A DNA stretch of 61,539 nt, the filler included. It is 6 parts of 6 records of this genome, joined end to end, with 100 filler letters (N's around TTAATTAATTAA, not from the genome) between each part and the next. Parts side by side here need not be neighbours in the genome. Positions count along the whole stretch, not along the records: positions 48,891 to 61,539 come from DRR723986_21114; 5 more parts are not named here. One strand, written 5' to 3'. Below, one piece after another: positions 49,002-58,003 of this stretch; position 1 is the first letter of the stretch, and every line of letters starts with the position of its first letter. The notes under the pieces were generated by a model that saw only the letters and a program-made list of their open reading frames with translations, was not told the origin of the DNA and ran no database searches. Position numbers and translations under genes: made by a program.

Positions 49002-49805
49002 TTATTCCCCGAAAATTTCCTCGTAAAAGCGCATGGTACCCTGCCATGAGCGCCGCGCAGCTGCTTCATCATAGGCGATTGGCATGCCGAACTGTTCGGC
49101 CACCTTATCGGCATTGGGATTGGTGAAGGAATGTTTCACGCCGGGAAAGCTGACCAGCGTCAGATCCACTTCGGCATTCTGCATTTCCCGAACCAGCCCG
49201 GCCACCTGTTCCGAGGGAACCATGTCATCTGCGCCGCCTGTGTAAACCTGCACTTTTGCTTTCACAGCGCCAGCTTCGGCCTGCAGCGGGCTGCCCAAGG
49301 CACCGTGGTAGCTGACTACGCCATCCAGATCCACGCCCATACGAGCCATGTTCAGGACCACGGCACCACCGAAGCAATAGCCCTGGGCAGCAATACGGTC
49401 TGGGTCAACGCTGTCATGGTTCTGCAGAAGTTCCTTGGCTTTCAGGAAGCGGGCTTTAACCTGCTCCATGTTGCTTGTGGCTTCTTGCATGAACTTCTGG
49501 GCGGTATCCGGATGGTCGGCCTGTTTGCCGGAGCCATACATATCCAGTGCGAAGGCGGTATAGCCGGAGGCTGCCAACTTTTCCGCCTGCTCCCGGGCAA
49601 ACTCATTGTGGCCCCACCATTCGTGTACCACCAGCACGCCGGGGCGTTTCTGGTCGAACTCGTCGTCCCAGGCCAGGTAGCCGGTGAAGGTTTGGCCGTC
49701 TACGGTGTATTCAATGGTTTCGGTCTGCATTTCTGCAAGCGCCTGTGTGCTGGTCATAAAAAGGGAGAGGATTGCTGTGGGTACTGCGGTTCTGATACGG
49801 ATCAT
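49002..49805 (-). CDS. Dienelactone hydrolase family protein (exported)
   Basis: Signal peptide; HEWWG, GYCFGG nucleophile, HSFTNP. Confidence 0.92.
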   Translation of the reverse strand: MIRIRTAVPTAILSLFMTSTQALAEMQTETIEYTVDGQTFTGYLAWDDEFDQKRPGVLVVHEWWGHNEFAREQAEKLAASGYTAFALDMYGSGKQADHPDTAQKFMQEATSNMEQVKARFLKAKELLQNHDSVDPDRIAAQGYCFGGAVVLNMARMGVDLDGVVSYHGALGSPLQAEAGAVKAKVQVYTGGADDMVPSEQVAGLVREMQNAEVDLTLVSFPGVKHSFTNPNADKVAEQFGMPIAYDEAAARRSWQGTMRFYEEIFGE

Positions 49806-50065
49806 CGCGTTTGTTACTCCTTGCCAGGGTTGGTGACACTTCCATGATTACGTTGGCAGCCAGAAAATCGATCCAGACTCACTGGCGCGCCCTGTTCTCA
49901 GAACAAAACGGTCTTATAGGCCAGATCTGATAAGTAAAGAGAATCAATGCCGGCTTTCCCGAATCTGATTCTTGACTATAGTTAAGAACAGGAACGGTTT
50001 TAAGTCCGAAATGGTTCGGGCACCGTATCCACCCATACCAACAACAGCAATAAAGGGGGTGGTTT

Positions 50066-50677
50066 ATGCTTCTGTCCCATGCGTTTGGTCTCTTCACCCA
50101 CCCGGACGACGAGTGGGTATCCATTAAGAAAGAACACGAACATCCAACTCGTCTTTATGTGGCGTACGTCGTCATTCTGGCGGCCATAGCGCCAATCTGC
50201 GCCTACATCTCGACGGCCCATTTTGGTTGGTCTATCGGTAGCGAAAGGCTGATCAAGCTCACCGAAATCAGTGCGCTCCAGATGAGCGTTCTGACCTACC
50301 TCGCCATGCTGGTGGGGGTCTTCGCCCTCGGGTACGCCATTAACTGGATGGCGAAAACCTATGGCGCCAAGGAAGAGCACGTGCCGTCTAACGGTATTGC
50401 CCTGGCAGCCTATTCCTGTACGCCACTGTTCCTGGCCGGTTTTGCGCTGCTGTACCCGGTGCCCTGGTTCAATGCTGTGGTGTTTCTGGCAGCGGCCTGT
50501 TACGGCGCCTGGTTGATGTACGACGGCTTACCGATCGTCATGGGCATCGAAAAGGAGCGGGCGGTCATGTACGGAGGGGCTCTACTCACGGTGGCACTGG
50601 TGATCCTGGTATCCACCCGTGTCGGTTCGGTCATTCTCTGGAATCTGGGGCTCGGGCCGGTGTTCGTCAGCGGCTAG
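50066..50677 (+). CDS. Yip1 (DUF1282/YohC-like) membrane protein
   Basis: HAFGLFTHPDDEW, AAYSCTPLFLAG, LPIVMGI; about 5 TM. Confidence 0.85.
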   Translation: MLLSHAFGLFTHPDDEWVSIKKEHEHPTRLYVAYVVILAAIAPICAYISTAHFGWSIGSERLIKLTEISALQMSVLTYLAMLVGVFALGYAINWMAKTYGAKEEHVPSNGIALAAYSCTPLFLAGFALLYPVPWFNAVVFLAAACYGAWLMYDGLPIVMGIEKERAVMYGGALLTVALVILVSTRVGSVILWNLGLGPVFVSG

Positions 50678-50700
50678 CCAGACACGTTATTCACTCTGTC

Positions 50701-50728
50701 AAAACGGGAGCTTCGGCTCCCGTTTTTT
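50701..50728 (+). terminator. Intrinsic terminator
   Basis: AAAACGGGAGC-TTCG-GCTCCCGTTTTTT. Confidence 0.92.
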
Positions 50729-50764
50729 GTGACTGCCGTCTGCTTGCGATGCACCTGTCGGAAT

Positions 50765-50804
50765 TTGCCACAGCCCTGTCGCAATCCGGCAACGCGTTCT
50801 TCAT
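50765..50804 (+). promoter_or_regulatory. Putative PhoB (PHO box) half-site array
   Basis: TTGCCAC, CTGTCGC, CGGCAAC, TCTTCAT at exact 11-nt spacing upstream of phoD. Confidence 0.45.
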
Positions 50805-50888
50805 ATCTCTGGTCTAGCTTTTCAGGCCAACCGGTTTTGGTTTCCGGACACGATAAAAAGCATATGACGAACATGACAGGGGTGGACA

Positions 50889-52619
50889 ATGGCTAGACTG
50901 ACGAGACGGGATTTTCTGAAAGCATCGGCACTGGGTATGGGGGCGGTGGCGATTTCCAGCGGCCTGGCGGGGTGTGTGCTGGACAGCGACGACAAACGGC
51001 GGGTTGATTTTACCCATGGTGTGGCCAGTGGTGATCCGCTACAGGACAGCGTTATTCTCTGGACCCGGGCCGTGCCCGAGCGTGGCAGCAAGGTGAAAGT
51101 AGGTTGGGAAATCGCCACCGATGCGGAGTTTGCCTCGGTGGTGCGCTCAGGAACCGCCGAAACCACCGAAGATCATGATTTCACCATTAAGGTGGATGCC
51201 CAGGGGCTGATGCCGGGCCAGCGTTACTATTACCGTTTCCGCTCCTCGGGTGCCACCTCTCCCGTAGGGGCCGCGACTACCTTGCCGGAAGGGTCGGTAG
51301 AGCAGGTGCGACTGGCTGTGGTGTCCTGCTCCAACTACCCGGCCGGTTACTTTCACGTATACCGTGAAGTGGCAAACCAGGCGGACCTGGATGCTGTGAT
51401 TCATCTGGGCGACTATATCTATGAGTACAGCAGTGACCCGGACAGCTATGCCTCGGAAGATGCCCGGGCTTTGGGCCGGACCTTCCCGGAAAACAATAAC
51501 CGGGAGTTGCTGACACTGGCGGATTATCGCCGCCGGTATGCTATTTACCGGCAGGATCCGGATCTTCAGCTGGCCCATCAGCGGTTACCGTTCATTGTGG
51601 TGTGGGACGACCATGAAGTGGCTAACGATACCTGGCGTAACGGTGCTGAAAATCACGATGACTCTGAAGGCGATTTTGATCAGCGCAAGCTGTCGGCGCT
51701 GCAGGCCTTCTTCGAATGGATGCCGATCCGACCGGTGATCGAAGGTAATGACGAGGCCATCTATCGCAGCTTCCGTTTTGGCGATCTGGTGGATCTGCAT
51801 ATGCTGGATACGCGCATTATCGGGCGCGATCAGCAGCTGGATTACCTGAATTATCTGAGTGAAAGCGGGCTGAATGCACAGCAATTCATGGCCGATGTGA
51901 CTGATCCAAACCGGACACTGCTGGGTGCTGAACAGCGTTTATGGTTACAGAACAAGCTGGCTACGTCATCCGGGCGATGGCAGGTGCTGGGGCAGCAGGT
52001 GTTGATGGGGCGTATGGATTTGCCTGCGGAATTGTTGCTGGGTATTGCCACGGGAAACGTTTCGGAACTGCCGCAAGCTCTGGCGGAACTTGCGACTATC
52101 AAATTCCGAGCCCTGCAGCGCGACCCCACACTCACTGAGCAGGAACTGAGCCGAATCAACACGGCCGCGCCCTACAATCTTGATGCCTGGGACGGCTATC
52201 AGGCCGAAAGAGAAGTTGTTCTGGGCATGGCGCGGCAATTCGACAAAAACCTGGTGGTGCTGGCCGGAGATACCCATAACGCCTGGGCCAATAATCTGAA
52301 GGATATGAATGGCAACCAGGTGGGTGTGGAATTTGCCACTGCCTCGGTGTCTTCTCCCGGACTGGAGGACTATCTGGGACTGCCTGATGCCATGATTGCC
52401 GATGCAGAGCAGGGCATTGGCCTGCTGGTGGATGGTCTGGACTACCTGAACATCAATCAACGTGGTTATATGGTGGTTACGTTCACTCAGGAGGAAGCCC
52501 TGGCTAACTGGTATTTCGTGGATACCGTCAAGAGCCGGGAATACACCGTTGATAACAGTCGGTCTGCGGCACGGAAGACCTTGCCGGGTGCCGGGAACCG
52601 AACGGTCGATCCGGTATAG
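50889..52619 (+). CDS. phoD: Alkaline phosphatase D (Tat lipoprotein)
   Basis: TRRDFLK Tat motif, LAGC lipobox, FTHGVASGDP, HLGDYIYE, WDDHE, DAWDGY, GDTHN. Confidence 0.95.
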   Translation: MARLTRRDFLKASALGMGAVAISSGLAGCVLDSDDKRRVDFTHGVASGDPLQDSVILWTRAVPERGSKVKVGWEIATDAEFASVVRSGTAETTEDHDFTIKVDAQGLMPGQRYYYRFRSSGATSPVGAATTLPEGSVEQVRLAVVSCSNYPAGYFHVYREVANQADLDAVIHLGDYIYEYSSDPDSYASEDARALGRTFPENNNRELLTLADYRRRYAIYRQDPDLQLAHQRLPFIVVWDDHEVANDTWRNGAENHDDSEGDFDQRKLSALQAFFEWMPIRPVIEGNDEAIYRSFRFGDLVDLHMLDTRIIGRDQQLDYLNYLSESGLNAQQFMADVTDPNRTLLGAEQRLWLQNKLATSSGRWQVLGQQVLMGRMDLPAELLLGIATGNVSELPQALAELATIKFRALQRDPTLTEQELSRINTAAPYNLDAWDGYQAEREVVLGMARQFDKNLVVLAGDTHNAWANNLKDMNGNQVGVEFATASVSSPGLEDYLGLPDAMIADAEQGIGLLVDGLDYLNINQRGYMVVTFTQEEALANWYFVDTVKSREYTVDNSRSAARKTLPGAGNRTVDPV

Positions 52620-52650
52620 CCAACCGGGTGCAGCTATACCGGCCATCGGT

Positions 52651-52664
52651 TTGACCTGGCGCAT
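52651..52664 (+). promoter_or_regulatory. Possible FNR/Anr site
   Basis: TTGAC-CTGG-CGCAT versus consensus TTGAT-N4-ATCAA; right half is weak. Confidence 0.3.
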
Positions 52665-52722
52665 TGGCGGTACCGGCAGAATCCTGTGTAGTTGACCCAG
52701 ACCTCAGGCAGGGAGCAGGGAT

Positions 52723-55455
52723 ATGTCAGATGTCAGCACGCCAGGTTCAAAGCGGACAATGGCCGGGGGCGCACAGTCTCAGGCCTGGCATGCCCTGGCC
52801 GCAGAACAGGCGCGGGTTCTTCTGGAAGCGCCGGAGCCTTTGACCGACGAAAGTGCGCGGGCCAGGTATGAGAGGTTTGGTCCCAACCAGTTGCCAGAGG
52901 GTAGGGCGTCCGGCCCCCTGGCCCGGCTCGGTCGCCAGTTACGTAATTTCCTGATTTACGTACTGCTGACCGCAGCGGCCATCACCGGTGCCCTCGGGCA
53001 CTGGGTGGATGCCGGGGTGATTCTGGCGGTGGTGATTGTTCAGACCCTGGTTGGCTTTATCCAGGAAGGGCGGGCCGAGCAGGCCTTGTCGGCTATCCGT
53101 CATATGCTGGCTCCCCGCGCCCGCATTGTCAGGGCCGGCGGCCAGCATCAGGTGGATGCCGGCGAGCTGGTACCTGGTGATACCGTGCTGTTGGAGGCTG
53201 GTGACCGTGTGCCCGCCGATCTTCGCCTGGAAAAAACCAACAACCTCAAGATTGAGGAAGCTATCCTGACGGGCGAATCCGAGGCGGTGGACAAGTTCCC
53301 CGACCCGGTGGACGAGCAGTCGGTCCTCGGCGACCAGACTGGCATGGCGTTCTCCGGCACCATGGTGGCCACGGGCACCGCCCGGGGCGTTGTCGTGCGC
53401 ACCGGAATACATACCGAAATTGGCCGCATTTCCGGCCTGCTGGCCGATACCACCAGTCTTAAAACTCCGCTGCTGGAACAGATGGACCGGTTTGCTCGGG
53501 GGCTTTCTCTGATTGTCATCGTGACCGGCATTCTCATCTTCTTTGGCGGCCTGGCGTTCAGTGGCCTGGAGTTCCGGGAGTTGTTCATGGCGGTGGTGGG
53601 CCTGACGGTGGCAGCCATTCCTGAAGGCTTGCCTGCGATTCTCACCATTACCCTTGCCATTGGTGTGCGCCAGATGGCGCGTCGCAAGGCGGTGGTACGC
53701 CGGATGCCGGTGATTGAAACCCTGGGCGCGGTTTCGGTCATCTGCTCTGACAAAACCGGCACGCTCACCCGTAACGAAATGATGGTGACCACAGCTGTGA
53801 CCTCTGGTGAGCGCTATGAGATTACCGGCGAAGGTTATGGTAGCGATGGCATGGTCTGCCGGGAGGGCCAGCCGGTCACCGGCGACGGGGTGCTGGCTGA
53901 GCTTGCCCGGGCGGCGGCACTGTGTAACGACGCCAGCATTATTGGCAAAGACGGGCAGCCTTCTATTCATGGTGACCCCATGGAAGCCGCGCTGAAAGTG
54001 TTTGCCGGCAAGGCGGAATTTGATCATGTGAACAGTGCCTCCGCCTGGCCACGGGTTGATGAGGTTCCCTTCGATACCCGCATACGGTTCATGGCCACAT
54101 TGCATCACGACCACCACGGTCACGGTATTGCCTATCTCAAAGGCGCTCCGGAACGGATTCTGGCCATGTGTGCGCACCAGGTATCCACCGACGGTGGAAC
54201 GGAGCCGCTGAGCACAGAGCACTGGGAACGGATCATTACGGAAATGGCTTCCGAAGGCCTGAGGGTGCTGGCACTGGCGCGCAGGCCAATGGCGAAAGGC
54301 AGCCGGGAACTGGTGCTGGAAGAGCTGGAACAGGGCGCTGAATTGCTGGGGGTGGTGGGCTTGCTGGATCCGCCCCGGCAGGAGGCTATCCGCGCTATCA
54401 AAGAGTGCCACGATGCCGGTATTCGGGTGAAGATGATTACCGGCGACCACGCCCTGACGGCCGGTGCCATTGCCCGAAAACTCGGGCTGCGTAATGCCGA
54501 CCGGGTACTGACCGGCAAAGAGCTTGATGACCTGGATGAAAATCAGCTCCGGAGTCTGGCCGGAGAGGTGGATGTGTTTGCCCGCACCAGCCCCGAGCAC
54601 AAACTCAGGTTAGTGAAAGCCCTGCAGGCACTGCATGGTGTGGTGGCCATGACCGGTGATGGCGTCAACGATGCCCCGGCACTGAAGCGGGCGGATGTTG
54701 GCATTGCCATGGGTGTCAAGGGCTCGGAGGCGGCCCGGCAGGCGTCATCGGTGATGCTGCTGGATGATAACTTCGCCAGCATTGCTGCGGCTGTCCGGGA
54801 AGGGCGCACGGTTTACACCAACCTGCGTAAGGGCATTGCCTTCATGCTTCCGATTAACGGGGGGGAATCCGTCAGCCTGATCACCGCCTTGTTGCTGGGG
54901 CTCACGCTGCCCATTTCCGCCTTGCAGATTCTCTGGGTGAATATGGTCAGCTCGGTGCTGCTGGCCATGACCCTGGCGTTTGAACCGCCTGAGCCCGGAG
55001 TTATGCGGCAACCTCCCAGACCACGGGACGAATCCTTGCTGCAGGGCTTTGTGGTCTGGCGGGTGGCGTTTGTATCCCTGCTGTTTCTGGTGGGTATCTT
55101 CGCGGCCTGGTTCTGGGTCATGCATCGTCATCAGGACCCGGTGCTGGCCGGCACTCTGGCGGTCAACACCCTGGTGGCGATGGAGGTCTTCTACCTGTTT
55201 GCGGTGCGTTATCCCGACAGTGCCTCGATTACCCTGCGGGGGGTGCTCGGCACCCCCGTTGTGCTGGCAGCGATCGCAGCGGTCGTGGTATTGCAGTTGT
55301 TGTTCACCTACCTGCCCTGGTTCCAGCACACCTTTACCACTGCGGCCCTGAGCTTGGAGCAGCTGGCGTTTTCCGTGGTGGCTGGTGTTGTGGTTCTGCT
55401 GGTGTTGGAACTGGAAACTGCGATACGTAACCGGGTCAAGGCAGTCCGCGGGTAA
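52723..55455 (+). CDS. Cation-transporting P-type ATPase (type II, Ca2+-ATPase-like)
   Basis: TGES, IPEGLP, DKTGTLT, KGAPE, TGD, GDGVNDAPAL. Confidence 0.95.
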   Translation: MSDVSTPGSKRTMAGGAQSQAWHALAAEQARVLLEAPEPLTDESARARYERFGPNQLPEGRASGPLARLGRQLRNFLIYVLLTAAAITGALGHWVDAGVILAVVIVQTLVGFIQEGRAEQALSAIRHMLAPRARIVRAGGQHQVDAGELVPGDTVLLEAGDRVPADLRLEKTNNLKIEEAILTGESEAVDKFPDPVDEQSVLGDQTGMAFSGTMVATGTARGVVVRTGIHTEIGRISGLLADTTSLKTPLLEQMDRFARGLSLIVIVTGILIFFGGLAFSGLEFRELFMAVVGLTVAAIPEGLPAILTITLAIGVRQMARRKAVVRRMPVIETLGAVSVICSDKTGTLTRNEMMVTTAVTSGERYEITGEGYGSDGMVCREGQPVTGDGVLAELARAAALCNDASIIGKDGQPSIHGDPMEAALKVFAGKAEFDHVNSASAWPRVDEVPFDTRIRFMATLHHDHHGHGIAYLKGAPERILAMCAHQVSTDGGTEPLSTEHWERIITEMASEGLRVLALARRPMAKGSRELVLEELEQGAELLGVVGLLDPPRQEAIRAIKECHDAGIRVKMITGDHALTAGAIARKLGLRNADRVLTGKELDDLDENQLRSLAGEVDVFARTSPEHKLRLVKALQALHGVVAMTGDGVNDAPALKRADVGIAMGVKGSEAARQASSVMLLDDNFASIAAAVREGRTVYTNLRKGIAFMLPINGGESVSLITALLLGLTLPISALQILWVNMVSSVLLAMTLAFEPPEPGVMRQPPRPRDESLLQGFVVWRVAFVSLLFLVGIFAAWFWVMHRHQDPVLAGTLAVNTLVAMEVFYLFAVRYPDSASITLRGVLGTPVVLAAIAAVVVLQLLFTYLPWFQHTFTTAALSLEQLAFSVVAGVVVLLVLELETAIRNRVKAVRG

Positions 55456-57856
55456 TCACTCCCGGATCGCCTCGGCCCTCCACCGCGGCCAGTTCGGCGC
55501 TGGAGAGCCATTCTCCGGGAGGTTTGTCCATCACCTCGGCGCAGGCCGCCAGGGCATGGCCCCAAGAGCAACGGTTGGCGAACAGCATGCCCGCTTCATT
55601 CAGGGTACCACCCCGATTGATGTAGCCCAGTACCCGGGAATGGCCGGGCTGCGGGAACAGCGTGTGCAGGTGTCCGCGAAACACTTCCGGCCGCATATGG
55701 GTCAGGGCAACCCGTCGGTGCATGCGATGGGGGAACAGGCGCTCCCGCTCAAACTCGGTCAGGCAGGAGGCCGCTTCCATCGGATCCCGGGGTTGGCGGA
55801 AGCGCCCCGGTTCCTGCAGATAGACCAGCCGGAACGGTGTGCCGGTCTCGCGCAGACGCTCGCAAGCCCGTATGGCCTCGGAAAGCTGATAGGCGCCATT
55901 GGCAATCAGCAGCAGTGGTTCTTCGCCAGCCGAGGTATCCTCGTCCACCACCAGTGCGCCGTGTCTTGCCAGTGCTTCGGCTTCGCTGCCGTTGAAGACG
56001 CACGGGCGCTCCCGTTTCGGGATAACGAGGCAACTGATGCGGCCCCGCTCCCGGTAAACCGATGGCAGAATCGCCAGGGCGCTGTTGTAGTCAGCCGGGA
56101 AAATCACCCGGGAGACGTCACTCATTTCTCCCAGTAGAGCCTCACAGAAACTGGTGTCCTGGTGGGATTGCTCGTTCTTGCCGTTTTCCCATGTGTGCGA
56201 GGTGGCAATCACCGGCAGTCCCAGCCATTGGGGTGGCCGGCCCACTTCTTTCTGATGTCGGGCGAAGATCAACTCCTGCCGGATAGCGCCGAGCATTTTC
56301 ACACAGAAGGCTTCGTAGCTGGCCACCAGGTTCAATCCCGCTTTGTTGGCCAGGCAGGCAGAGACGACCGCCTCTTCATTCAGTGCCGTAATGATCTTGC
56401 CGTGTACTGACTCGGCCTCGTTCTCCGGGTCGTTCACGCGGTGCTTGAGGCTGTCGAGCACGCCTTTGAGTCGGTTGCTGGCGAGTTCGTCCGGGTTGCC
56501 GACCCTGGGCCGGAGCTCCGGGTTGTCCGCGACCAGAGCCTTGAAGAATTCATCAACGGCAGTCATGGGTGAGCATTTGTTCTGAGCCCAGGGCAAAACC
56601 GGAATGGCAGGTTCCGAGGGACGGCGAAGCGCCAGCGGGTGATCCCGCTCCAGTGGCCGGCCCTGTTGGCTGTGTTCATTCAGCTCGGATACCGCCAGGT
56701 TCAGCTCCTGCGGTTTTACCCAGAGCGGTGTTGCGTATTCATTGAACAGCTCCCGGGATATGGCATCCATACGAGGATTGCCGGGCAGAGGCAGATTGTG
56801 AGCTGCGTTTTCTCCGGCGCCATAGAAACCATAGCCTTTCACGGTCTCTGCGATACCGTAGGGTATGCGAACCGGGTAGCCGGTCTCACCTTGTTGCGCA
56901 GCGGTGCCATGGGCTGCAAGTGCCTGCTCCATGTCGTACATGGCACAGACGAAGGCCGCGGGATCACGGCCGTCAAATCGTACCGGATCAAAGCCCCGGT
57001 GTTGCAGGTGCTGCTCAAACCGTTCCAGGCCCTCACGGGTACCAAGCTCGGTTCGTTGTTCAATGCGCCGGCCATTGGCAATCATCACCGGCAAGACCAG
57101 TCCGCAGTCCTCGGCGCGCCACCATCGGGGTATCCAGTCACTTCCGCGCTGTTCTTCGGCGGCGCCGTCGGAAAGGAAGGCCACCAGAGATTCACCGGGC
57201 AGAGGCATATGTGCGTACTGCAGCTCTGCAAACCCAAGGTAGCCGCCTTCGATAATGCCCCCGGCGGTATGGGGGTTTACGTGGCTGCCCAAGGGAGCGG
57301 CCATCGTGCCGTCCGGTTTCTGGCGATAGCTGTAGAAGTCGGATGCCAGTCGAGATAGTCCCTCAGGCGCCAGGTACCGGGCGCGTTGCTCGGGATGCAG
57401 ATTGCCGGTCAGAACGTTGAGTGCATCCACGGCAGCCACACAATGCCCTTGTCCCATCAGCCAGCTGCGGGTTTTTCCGGTCAGGTTGTTGAGGGCCAGG
57501 TAGGCCGCGTAGGCAGGCACCATGTTCAGGGCGCCTCCGGTATGGCCTTCCGGCGAAGCCTTGAAATCCTGGGCGACCAGGGGGGCGCCGGCAATGTCCA
57601 CCCGGTTGCAATAGGTCATGTGCACCACCAGCCACAGGCCGGCGCTGGTGAGCCGGTCCAGAGCGATCAGCTTCCGGTGCACCGTATCTTCATCTGGTTG
57701 GTGCCCGGCACTAACCAGTTTTCCAGCGAGTTTCCGGACTCTGGCGGAGGTCTGTTCGGAGTGCCGGATAACGCCATAGCCCTGCTGCCAGCAATGGAAG
57801 GCTGAGCCTGGTGTTGCCTCGTTGGGCGCCTGAACGGGTTCAGTGGGCGATGACAT
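55436..57856 (-). CDS. xfp: Phosphoketolase (xylulose-5-P/fructose-6-P) family
   Basis: GHTGG, GQGH, EGGYLG, SDGAAE, YEAF, NEQSHQD; GGAGG RBS before ATG 57856; 3' end overlaps the ATPase by 20 nt. Confidence 0.88.
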   Translation of the reverse strand: MSSPTEPVQAPNEATPGSAFHCWQQGYGVIRHSEQTSARVRKLAGKLVSAGHQPDEDTVHRKLIALDRLTSAGLWLVVHMTYCNRVDIAGAPLVAQDFKASPEGHTGGALNMVPAYAAYLALNNLTGKTRSWLMGQGHCVAAVDALNVLTGNLHPEQRARYLAPEGLSRLASDFYSYRQKPDGTMAAPLGSHVNPHTAGGIIEGGYLGFAELQYAHMPLPGESLVAFLSDGAAEEQRGSDWIPRWWRAEDCGLVLPVMIANGRRIEQRTELGTREGLERFEQHLQHRGFDPVRFDGRDPAAFVCAMYDMEQALAAHGTAAQQGETGYPVRIPYGIAETVKGYGFYGAGENAAHNLPLPGNPRMDAISRELFNEYATPLWVKPQELNLAVSELNEHSQQGRPLERDHPLALRRPSEPAIPVLPWAQNKCSPMTAVDEFFKALVADNPELRPRVGNPDELASNRLKGVLDSLKHRVNDPENEAESVHGKIITALNEEAVVSACLANKAGLNLVASYEAFCVKMLGAIRQELIFARHQKEVGRPPQWLGLPVIATSHTWENGKNEQSHQDTSFCEALLGEMSDVSRVIFPADYNSALAILPSVYRERGRISCLVIPKRERPCVFNGSEAEALARHGALVVDEDTSAGEEPLLLIANGAYQLSEAIRACERLRETGTPFRLVYLQEPGRFRQPRDPMEAASCLTEFERERLFPHRMHRRVALTHMRPEVFRGHLHTLFPQPGHSRVLGYINRGGTLNEAGMLFANRCSWGHALAACAEVMDKPPGEWLSSAELAAVEGRGDPGVITRGLP

Positions 57857-57915
57857 GACGGCCTCCATGGCTGATGAGTGTGAAGGAAGTGTAAAACGGA
57901 CCGCCGTCAGCCCCC

Positions 57916-57929
57916 TTGATGCAGGTCAG
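57916..57929. promoter_or_regulatory. Putative FNR/Anr box upstream of phosphoketolase
   Basis: TTGAT-GCAG-GTCAG, 8/10 match to TTGAT-N4-ATCAA, about 60 nt before the start. Confidence 0.55.
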
Positions 57930-58003
57930 TCGTATCTGCATCTTTTAGCATGCACTGAGCTGGTGCGGGACTTGGGTGAGGGTAGGATTAGTCAATGTTG
58001 GCA

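Noticed and set aside
52611-52642. CCGGTATAGC/GCTATACCGG inverted repeat at the phoD stop
   Set aside because: Single copy with no U-tract; at most a stabilising hairpin, no evidence for a repeat family
52939-54600. 553-aa antisense ORF and many other overlapping ORFs in the GC-rich contigs
   Set aside because: Shadow frames of well-supported genes, with no recognisable motifs
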